DNA of 63,378 nucleotides, counting the filler, from Pelomyxa schiedti (lineage: Eukaryota; Protista; Evosea): the NCBI GenBank assembly GCA_020536535.1. It is 16 parts of 16 records of this genome, joined end to end, with 100 filler letters (N's around TTAATTAATTAA, not from the genome) between each part and the next. Parts side by side here need not be neighbours in the genome. Positions count along the whole stretch, not along the records: positions 17,376 to 24,449 come from JAHLWZ010001377.1; positions 24,550 to 35,662 come from JAHLWZ010000089.1; 14 more parts are not named here. One strand, written 5' to 3'. Both the position numbers and the translations under genes were made by a program. Of the stretch, positions 22,128 to 31,782 are shown one piece after another. Within the stretch, counting starts at the first letter, position 1. Every line of letters begins with the position of its first letter. The notes under the pieces are model-generated. The model ran no database searches, had not been told where the DNA came from, and saw nothing but the letters and a program-made list of their open reading frames with translations.

Positions 22128-23477
22128 ATGGATGGCGAGTCTGCCCCGGGGCAGCAGCAACGACGACGAAAACAACGCACAGGGAAGGCAGTGGTCGTCG
22201 TGGCGTGTCCCAACAACAACAACAACCAACAGCAACAACCACCGCGCGCCGTCGCGACGACCAAGGCGAGGGACCAGATTGGCGCGCTGGCGTCGGGGAC
22301 GCACCGGCGGTGCGGCGGGGCGGCGGGGTGCCCGCTGCTGTCAATTATGGGTGGCGCGCTGGCCGTGAGGCTGGTGTGGCTGTGGGTGATGGACAACAAC
22401 ACCGCGACGAGGTTCTACTGCGTCAAGTGGCGCCACGATCAGCACCAACAACAACGAGGAGGTGGCGGGTGCGTGATGATCACGTTCGGGGTGTCCCTGG
22501 CCCTGATGTCGCTCACTCACGAGATGATGTGGTGGGCGGAGCGGCCCGGCGACGGCGCCGTCTGCGGCGCCAACGGGGACTGCGTTTACGGTGTGGTTGG
22601 GAGGGGGAAGGAGATACGGGTGCGGGACAGGGCCACCTGGCGGCAGGGGGTGCTGTTTGGGGATACCGGGGAGTGGGACTATCTATGCTCGAATGGGATG
22701 TGGCTGGTGCTGTGCAGGAGGCACAACGACGAGGTGGCTGTTATTGAGGTTCCCAGGAAGAGCGCGGCGGTTGGTCTCACGAGCAGGAAGTCAGTCGTTG
22801 TGAGATGTGATGGGAGGTGGAATGTTCGTGTTCCACAGTTTACGAACATCAGCGACGATTATGTGTCTCTTCTCTGCCATGATGCCCATAATTTTGCAAG
22901 CTGTGAGATTGTGTTGGTTGACTTGGTTCAAACGCGTTCATCTGGAAAACTGTGTGTCCTGACTTCAGCTGTTATAAGGGTGGACGATCTGCCACCGCAG
23001 TTTTCACAGTTTATTCTGTCTTGTTCTTACTTTGCTTTCCGCACAGAGAGCGGTGCCTTTTACTTTGTTGTGGGGCATGGTGATGACTGCACCTACTCAT
23101 CCAATGGCTACATCACAGTTGAGGGAGTAACTGGAAAGCTGCAGCCAACGTTTTCAGGGGAGCACAAAACCCGTTTCCTGCGGGTTGTCCCACTGGACCA
23201 GTCGCGGTTCTGCACGTTTGATCCCTGTGGTGATGCGTACGAAGTGTGGGATGTCAACGACACAAGCAAACCAGTGAGGAACCAGAAATGCATGAGCGGT
23301 TGTTCGCCTGAGGGAGCTTTTTTTGAAGGTGGCCTGCTGTTCCAGATGAGTGCTTCACTCACAGAGATGCACGTGACTGAGGCATCCTCTGGTGCTCATG
23401 TCATCACCTTCAAATTGTTCAGACCCTTGGAGAATGTTTCACACCATTTCTCTTTCCCTCTCTCTGGCTCCAATTGA
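22128..23477 (+). CDS. HPRCG-family member 7, intact and intronless
   Basis: KARDQIGALASGTHRRCGGAAGCPLL...RLVWLWVM...VLVDLVQTRSSGKL...YEVWDVNDTSKPVR...SSGAHVITFKLFRP. Confidence 0.85.
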   Translation: MDGESAPGQQQRRRKQRTGKAVVVVACPNNNNNQQQQPPRAVATTKARDQIGALASGTHRRCGGAAGCPLLSIMGGALAVRLVWLWVMDNNTATRFYCVKWRHDQHQQQRGGGGCVMITFGVSLALMSLTHEMMWWAERPGDGAVCGANGDCVYGVVGRGKEIRVRDRATWRQGVLFGDTGEWDYLCSNGMWLVLCRRHNDEVAVIEVPRKSAAVGLTSRKSVVVRCDGRWNVRVPQFTNISDDYVSLLCHDAHNFASCEIVLVDLVQTRSSGKLCVLTSAVIRVDDLPPQFSQFILSCSYFAFRTESGAFYFVVGHGDDCTYSSNGYITVEGVTGKLQPTFSGEHKTRFLRVVPLDQSRFCTFDPCGDAYEVWDVNDTSKPVRNQKCMSGCSPEGAFFEGGLLFQMSASLTEMHVTEASSGAHVITFKLFRPLENVSHHFSFPLSGSN

Positions 23478-23583
23478 CCTTCTCCTTGGAAGTCAATGAG
23501 AGGGAAGTGTGGAGGTGATGACAAACAAAAAAAAAACAAGCTTGTCACAAACATCTCTTGATTATTTGCAAACATTGACTCAG

Positions 23584-23675
23584 GTGAAATTTTCAGTGCC
23601 ATCGTTGGGGGGGCGTAAAACATCTACACAAGTGATGAAGACAACGGGCCCCCAACGATGGCACTGAAGGTTCAC
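23584..23675. repeat. Fold-back: perfect 20-bp inverted repeat with 37-nt spacer
   Basis: 23592-23611 TTCAGTGCCATCGTTGGGGG pairs with 23649-23668; extends outward with G-T pairs and one bulge. Confidence 0.9.
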
Positions 23676-24146
23676 GATAATGGTGCCTTGCTCCCTTACT
23701 TCTGGTCACCCTAAGCAAAATCAATTCTTGGAGCAACAACAGATCCATCTCGTGATGACGAGAGAACAGTCCCTGAATGTCAAAAGGACAAGCAGGTTGA
23801 TCAAAAGGTGGAGTTTTACTGTAAACTCCAGAGTCATCACGGGGAATTGAGAACTCACCTTGTAACATGCTTTGAGGGAGACAACATACTTGTTTGACCC
23901 AGCCACCAACAAGCTCACGTTGATTGACTTTGGAGAAGCTGTGGAGTGTTCCACAGATGATGACAAGCTGCAAGCCACAGTGACGAGGGCAGACAGGCAG
24001 GTGTGGGGAAACACCGGCACAATGCCACCATCACAACGACAGGGATGAGCACCACCATTGCACAGGTTCTTGTTGGGATGATGTCACGTGATCGTGCCAC
24101 CAGGCTCTCTGCCTCTGATGCTCTCAACACATTGCACTCTCTTTAG
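23656..24146 (+). pseudogene. Kinase pseudogene fragment of the ankyrin-kinase family
   Basis: MALKV..., GDNILV/DPATNKLTLIDFGEAVEC...WGNTGTMPP, deletion, ITTTGMSTTIAQVLVGMMSRDRATRLSASDALNTLHSL*; several frameshifts. Confidence 0.85.
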
Positions 24147-24175
24147 TTAAACCCTTAGGGTGTATTCCCTTTAGG

Positions 24176-24266
24176 GTGTGTTAATTGCGGGGTATTGTTT
24201 TCCGCATGTTGTTGTTTTGAGGATGATTGTTTGTTCAGAATTCCCCAATACCCGCAATTAACACAC
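24176..24266. repeat. Fold-back: 21-bp inverted repeat (one bulged G) with 48-nt spacer
   Basis: 24176-24197 GTGTGTTAATTGCGGGGTATTG versus 24246-24266 CAATACCCGCAATTAACACAC. Confidence 0.85.
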
Positions 24267-25132
24267 ATTTAACTAAAGAGAATTTTGTATTCCAAATAAC
24301 AGGTGAATATTATTAACTGTCAGTTGTATTTTGATGAGGGAACTCAGAGTCCTTGCCATGCTTTCCACAGGTGTTGTCATGTGACCACTCACCTTGGTAC
24401 GTGTTCCCATTGGCATACTTGCACACACCATAGCCCTCCCTCACATTGTNNNNNNNNNNNNNNNNNNNNNNNNNNNNNNNNNNNNNNNNNNNNTTAATTA
24501 ATTAANNNNNNNNNNNNNNNNNNNNNNNNNNNNNNNNNNNNNNNNNNNNGGACTGAGAAGTGTTCAACTTGGGGATTTGGGGTTTATTTCTTTCACCCCA
24601 AAATTTTTTATCCTTCTTGGTTTGAAAGAAAGAAAATAAAAAAAAAAAAACAGGTAAAAAAGGTTCACACAGCGTGCGCGGTCGTTAACTGCTTTCAATA
24701 ACCCAGCAGCGAAGACATTTTCAGTGCACCGAAGTAGGTAGGGGAATGAGGTCTTCAACGGGAGCCCCATCGCTACGACAAGTTTTTAGGTGCTTGCTCC
24801 TGAGTACTGTTCGTTGACCCTTTGCTGTACCCTTCTATGAGCAGTCTCTGTCTGTTGAAGAAAAACGACGACTTAGGTTCATGTTGAAGGATACCACTTG
24901 ACGAATCTGGGAAGGACAAAGGACAAAACAAGCCAACAGGCCTGTTCTCCGAGTCAATAGGGTGGATGAACCGAACCCAAATGCTTCTCGGGCGCGTTCA
25001 CACTTTTTGGACCAACAGAATTCCCTTAAGCAATCTGTTCAACTCTCCTTTCCCTCAGCTACTTGAAACTAGGCTGCGCAACTTGCCGATCGTTTGTTCA
25101 AGAAGGGGGCACTTTTTTTTTTTTTGTTTACC

Positions 25133-25173
<41 letters not shown>

Positions 25174-25296
25174 ATGAAAGTACGAGAGGGTTCGACGCTA
25201 CTAGTTGGTGCTGCGTTCGTGATTGTGCAAGACGAGCGTCAAGTCTACCAACTTTTTTGACATTCTTCAAGCACACGCACTTTCTTCGCAGCTCGG

Positions 25297-27176
25297 ATGT
25301 CTACATCATTTCCCCAGCAGCCACCCGTTTTGGGTTTTCGTCAACTGTCAGTCAAAATTTAAGAAACCGTAACAACACGAACGGACACCGCCACCTCGTG
25401 CACGACAGCAACTACAACTGCTGCGGCGCCCACCACGCCGACGAGCAGCGGCGCCGTAACGCCCACGGAGGGCGCTGGGGACGGTCCTCGTAGAAGCGCC
25501 CGAATACGCCTCAGGGCGCAACTGGGCCTACACAACCCACATTACACAGACGCCATCACCACCAGCAGCCAAGACAGCCGCGAGGTCGAAAAGCACAAGG
25601 AAAGCAGCGACTCCGGGGGCGCCGACCAGACGCCCAATCCCACGCCCTCAAAGAGGGCAAGAACAACCACAACCACAACCACAAACGCAAACGCGAAAAC
25701 AACAAACACGAAAACGAAGTCTTCTACAACGCCAACGAAGACGAAGACGAAAACAAACAATGGCACCACACAAAGTGAAAGTTCCACCACAAAATCTTCG
25801 TCGGCAAAATCGAAGACACCATCAAAGCCAATAGAGCCACCACCAGTATCATCAACAACCACAACACCAACGCCAACGCCAACGCCAACGCCAACGCCAA
25901 CGCCAACGCCAACGCCAACGCCAACGCCAACGCCAACGCCAACGCCAACGCCAACGCCAACACCACACTCAACAACACAGAAAAAGTCTACTCCCAAATC
26001 CAAGGCACCAGCAAAGGAAAAGCCACCAACAAAGTCCAGCAGTAAAACACCACCAAAGAGGCACAAGAAGCAACAACAGAAGAACAAGGAGCCTGTGAAA
26101 GACGGGAATGGGAATGTGGATGTTAATGCTAATGCAAATGGGAATGGGAAAGGTGCTGAGGAAGAAGAGGAGTATGAGGAGGACCCCATGATTCCGTCAG
26201 TCGGGTCTACTGTTGAGGCTCTGATGTGTCACCACCGTTGCTCACGGTCTGAAGAATCGTGCAACTCGCGCCACTTGTGCTGCATTTATGCGAGGATGGT
26301 GAGGCGACTCAACAAGATGATAGAAACAGAGAAGGCGGATAAGGTAAAGGCCATCGCGGAACTGCGCGAGGCGGCGACAGAATCGAGGAAGCAATGCGTT
26401 TCCATGCGCGAGGTTCTGTGGAAGGAGTGGGAGGAAAAGAGGGAAATGATGATCAACACACTGGTGCAAGCTGTTTGGTATGAGCGTGACTGCAGGCCTG
26501 ACTCTAAGTTAGGTAGGGCCTGAACTGTTGATTTCATTTTCTTACACAATTTCCTTTTCAAATCAAACAGTTAATTATATTGTTCCTGAGGCAATAGAGG
26601 CAAATATCAAACAATGCTTTGAGGCAACAAAGAGAGTACAATCCGCTTTAGTCAACCTGACAGAAGTGGAAGAAAACGGGGTACAGGACAAAGTCGCCAA
26701 ACTTAGTATGGCACTCTCCAACTTGGGTGTTTGTTGTGTGTTGCAGTCCCTTATCACAGTTCTAACACACACCCCAAGGTGGACCTTTTGTTGGAATACG
26801 AAAAACAGGGGATAATACCTTCACTTTAGTAACAGTGGTTCACCATCATCAAGATATTCAAAGAGAATGGTCGGAGTTTGCTGGGTTCCAATTCCGTATA
26901 TCCTCTACCCAGAGTCCACCCGGCAGTCTGCCGAGTCTCCAGCTGGACGCACGGTTCACTGGAACAAAGAAATTCTCTGTCTGCTTTGGGAAAACTACTG
27001 TAACCACAGGGGCTTCCACTGATGCTACTTCCATCACAGCTCCACAACCAGTACAGTCAGGGCCCATAAGAGGTCGTGGAAAATCAGTGTACAAGAAAAT
27101 ACTTCCACTGAGCACACCAGCCCTCAACGTTCCAGGTGACACCCACATTTTCTTAATTGTTGAGGTAAAGGCCTAA
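25297..27176 (+). CDS. Hypothetical multi-exon protein: Thr/Pro-rich stalk, Cys/His cluster, coiled coil, possible MATH-like C-terminus
   Basis: ATG 25297 joined to the long open frame by a putative 30-nt GT-AG intron (25334-25363). (TP)n, CHHRC..C..HLC, terminal ILPLSTPALNVPGDTHIFLIVEV*. The MATH call is weak. Confidence 0.55.
25867..25956 (+). repeat. (CCAACG)15 minisatellite encoding (Thr-Pro)n
   Basis: 15 perfect hexamer units. Confidence 0.95.
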
Positions 27177-27199
27177 GAATTCTTTTTTTTTTGAAACCT

Positions 27200-30100
27200 T
27201 GTTTTCACAGCACACACAATGAAAAGAAAGGATTGCTTTAGTAGCATGGAAAATTTTATTGAAAATCCCAACGGAACCAACTTTCAAGGGGCGTTGCTCC
27301 TGCAGTGCTTTGCCACCAAATCCCTTTGCTGTGTAATTCTTAGTGGAGAAAAAATTCAAAAGAAATAATACCTCCTCTTCAGTGACGAGGGCACCAATAC
27401 ATGAGTGTTTCCTCCACTGCCCCACTGGGTCATGATTCATTCGCAGCACTTTTTTTAGTTGTAGAGGTTTTGCTATTTTGTATCTCCTTACATTCACGGA
27501 ACAGGAAACGTCCATGTGATTTTAATATAAGTTCGGAAATACCAGTCTTGTCTGAAAGTTGTCCCAAAGGTACATCATCTACAGATTGTACGAGTTCGTT
27601 TGTCTTTAGACCTGATGAAGAGGTAAAAAGAGAAAAAAGAGTGACCCACGTACTACATCGTATCCACAAAAGAAGGTCACTCCATATATCTTTGTACTGT
27701 GTATGCGGCTTACATAGGGTGATGTTAATCTCGGTGGTGTCGTTCTTTGGACCCCGAACTCTGGCCGATACTTTAACCTGTATATTCTCTTCGTCGTAGG
27801 AGAACATCCACCAGTATATGTTGACCTAAAGGCATTGTTAGACATTACTAGATCTGCAGTGCGAGCTACCGTTGTGGTTACTGCTGTCCCGTCATACTAA
27901 ACCATAAATTAATAATGGAAGCAAAGAAATACCAATATACTTTTAGCTTCCCTTGGAGAGTACAAATTTCTGGTTGAAGTTCTATTGTCTCATTGGCAAG
28001 AGATATAGCTCTTCCACATAAGCCACAACTCATAAAGAATTGTTCCATTGTAAATTTGCCACTCCTCTGAATGTTGATTTAGAAGGGTCCAGAAAGAAAC
28101 ACGTCACACATGTTCAACTACGATCTCTGAAATATCTTTTTGTGCCGCATTGTCATTCAGTCCCTAGAGCAACCTTTGTTTTCAAAAAAGGAAAAAAAAA
28201 AAAAAAAACAAAAAACAAAAAACAAACTAGAAGCCGCTCATACTCAGCCTCGCAGCAACACTCACTTCGTGCCATTCGAAATTAGTGAACAATAAGTAAA
28301 ACAATGGACCGACACACATTTTGTCCCGGGGTGGCGCACATTCACAAGCACCGGGCCCTTTTTTTGGAGGTGGCGCTGTAGCCTCGCCTTCTTCTTCTTC
28401 TTCTTCTGCTTCACTGGTCGCAGTCACAGTAGCAGTCGCCGTAGCCGTAGCCGACGTGCTGGTGGTTGTACTAGCAGTGGCCGCCGTCGACGTTGTCGGG
28501 AGGGCGGGCGCCACTCCTCCTGTTTTTTGCTGCCGATCGTGGTGGGGCACTGAGGGAGACTCTGCTCGGGCGGAGCGCACGGCGAAGAGTGGTGCGCTTC
28601 ACTGAAGGGTCGGTGTTGCGGGAAGAACTGCTGGCAGAGGGCGCTGCATTGACAGGGGCAACAGCAGGTGGCCTTGATGTTGTTGGTGGGGGTCGTTTTT
28701 GCCCAGACCTGCTCATGTTCAGGCTCGAGGTGCTTTCTCTGCAGCGGTGGGGTGAATCGGGAATTTTGTTCCCGAAGAATCATCGCCTTATGAAGGCTGG
28801 AGAGGTTTTTCGGTCTGTGCACGTTTGGTGTGACTGTAGTGAAAGTTCTGAGGATTATGTTTTTTTTCTCCAATTCTTTCGGGGTGAGCCAAAAAAGAGT
28901 CAGAAGCCTTTTGCTCGGAACCTGTATGCGTAACAGTTTCAAAATGTTGGGAAGCGCATCGCTAGGGAAAATCCTTGATTTGGCATCCTCTCCCATCACC
29001 CGTGGAACTGTTTGAGGTGAGAAAGAAGCCACTTGGCATTTTTTGAACGATGCAAATTCCCGGAAACTCCCTGGGCACCTGGCCAATGGCACCTCCAATA
29101 AATGCCGCTTCTGGAGCTGTTACTTGTTTAGAGTCGCAACGGGGCTCTGGGGGTGCTGAACACGAGGATTGCCTCTTTTTTTGGGGAAATCCATATCATC
29201 TTTTGAAAAAGAAAAAAGAGGGTTGGACTTGGAAAAAAAAAACTCTTTTGGACAATGGCAAAACTCACAAACTTATGCCCTGTGCGGGCAGTACCTTTCT
29301 ATGTCAGTGTCGATTCCCACCTTGGTGAGTGCAGTTGAAGGCATTGCATGTTGGTGCTGTAGCGCGAGATGGTGGCTGGCTTCCGGCCCCTCTTGTGGTG
29401 TTATTTGTCTTCAACGAGACTGGGTGTGGTCGATATGGTTCAAGTATCTTGGAGAGCACTGTTGTGAGGGGGATGCAAGCATCTCCAAGTGGCACCCACG
29501 TTGTATCCCAAACGTTCCGCGCCAGACAATTTTGCTTGGATGGGCCTCCCAATTGGGTTCCCTCGTCCGGGAGATTGGAGAGGTAAAGCCTCTCCCTGGT
29601 GCCAATCTGGTCGTGGAACGCGGGCGTACTCCGTTTCGGGGTCTGAATGATGGCACATGTGCACAGCAGCAAAGCTATTGAAGTAGTTTGCATAAGAGCT
29701 GCCAACTGGGCCGCAACCCCTGTGGATTGGTATTGGAGCAGAAGCCTCAGTACTGTGCAGTCCGGGTTCGGTTGATTGAGTGCAATGTAAAAAGGAGTCA
29801 ATCGGACGCTGTAGCTTTTCAGACGGGTTCGCAGAGGTTTGAAACACTTGAGCTTCTGTTCCATTCCAAAACATAAGAGCGAACTTTCACATCTATTGGT
29901 GGTGGTGCAGAATAGATGAATCGAGAGACTGGTCTCCTCCTTGGTGGTGAAGATCAAGGGTTTAATACCAAGCACCATGGGTACTGGAGATAGAGTTAGA
30001 ATAAAGACGTAGTAAGGTAATGTACATGGATGGGCCGCATTACCTTTATTTGGCTTGGTTATCTTACGGGATTTGATTCTAAAAAAGGGGGATAAAAGCC

Positions 30101-30700
30101 GCGAGTTTGACAGAGGAACGGCTATACTCATATCCGACTGAAAGTGGTTCCTTTTGGAGAAAAATCAGACAAACTTTCTCCTTGCTATGTTGTTTTCAAA
30201 CCTACTGGAGCTGCAGCGCGGGATAACTGCGAAAGTGAAGAATACTTCCTTGCCAGACTCAGAGATCTCAATGTCTGAGCCCACCTCAATGGTCCTTACT
30301 GGGGCTGCGTTTGGATTCCTCATTCTCTTCATCGAAGTGCACAGAGGGCAGGTGTGTTCACCTGATTTGGGTTAAGTTGTGATCAGGAGCTACCAGAGAA
30401 ATGAAAGATACCCTTATTGTCCCTTGGGTGCTCAGCCACACAATAGGCTTGCCTGATAGCCTGCTGCATATACTCCCTTGTCAATTTCTTGGAATCAAGC
30501 CACCTGGACTCAATCCAGCAGCTGGAGGAGGGAGAAGAAACAGGTGCACAAAAGAGTGCAATAGGTTTGGTAAATTGAGAAAACGGTTCATTTGAATGAA
30601 TGGTGAAATGCTAATGTTGTTGTTGTTCATCATTTTGCCGACTTGGCCCTTCCACAACAAACCACACGACTGTTGGTCTGGTCTCAAAAATGGGTTCCAA
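27200..30700. other. Decayed coding-like island (broken frames, possible mobile-element debris)
   Basis: Several 100-275 aa frames on the minus strand linked by shifts and stops; a degenerate C2H2/BED-like CP..FREF...LLSHLKQFH near 29000-29080. No intact domain. Confidence 0.25.
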
Positions 30701-31782
30701 ATCCTCCTTGAGTGCCGTCATACTTCCTCCTCGAGCGCGTCGCGTTGGCAATGTTTTTTAGTGCATTTTGTCAAAGATTTTTTTATCGGTGGTCCCTTGA
30801 CAAAAAAGACCAATCAGTGTTAATTGCCGCGTGTTATCGCCGGCTTGGCGAAGAAATTTCAAGGGACGATCAGAAAAGAAGAAGGGCACCGGAGTTCTAC
30901 TAAGAGGGTGTTACTAATCACAGATCGAGAGAGGTACACATCANNNNNNNNNNNNNNNNNNNNNNNNNNNNNNNNNNNNNNNNNNNNNNNNNNNNNNNNN
31001 NNNNNNNNNNNNNNNNNNNNNNNNNNNNNNNNNNNNNNNNNNNATTGCCGCGTGTTATCGCCGGCTTGGCGAAGAAATTTCAAGGGACGATCAGAAAAGA
31101 AGAAGGGCACCGGAGTTCTACTAAGAGGGTGTTACTAATCACAGATCGAGAGAGGTACACATCAAAGTACACACAGGTACACCTGGTAAGTGGCTCCGTA
31201 TCTTGATGGATGTGGTGTCACAGGGGGAAGGAACCATTACTAATTCTTGGCTGAAAAAAAACTCAAAAATAATTCCCCCTGTAACTGGTCGTAGTACGCT
31301 ATGCGTTGTGCGGCGTCAATGAGTGTGATCATTGCGTTGCACAAGTCATGGCAACAATTTACTGGAGCAAGAAATCGAATCACTTCCGTTCCTGGGGAGA
31401 AAGAGGGGCCGCTCTTTTTTCCACAAATCCTTTGGGCAAGATATATTGGCACCTTTGGAGTGACAGAGTTTGTTAAGTGGCACTGTGGTCTGGGGGAATT
31501 GTCCTTGTTGTCATTCCTTGTGTCACTGGTTTCAGCAACCATTGTCACAAAAGTGCTGTTTTTACAGCACTGAAGAAATTACTCCAAAAATCTATTTATT
31601 CATTTCTTTGATGCTTGTGCCCATCACAAATTGGTGATTGTGATTGATTGTTGCTTCGAAACCAAGTTAAGGTACCAACGCCCAACAGTCAACAGCAAAA
31701 CACTTGCCAAAAAAAAAATATCATTACACGTTAACAAAAACTGACTGAAATGAAGAAGCAGAAGCAATTCAGACAAGACATG

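Noticed and set aside
24150-24180. Telomere-like TTAGGG/TTTAGGG
   Set aside because: Only two isolated units, not a tandem array; noted only as flank of the hairpin.
24550-25100. Possible structured ncRNA (U6-like ACAGAGA; RNase P/MRP)
   Set aside because: ACAGAGA lacks U6 context and no P4/CR-I or CR-V consensus was found by eye.
30690-31570. MGSKSS start and KRVLLITDRERY segment resembling a PH/TH1-type strand
   Set aside because: Could not join the pieces with valid splice sites; region crosses a gap artefact.
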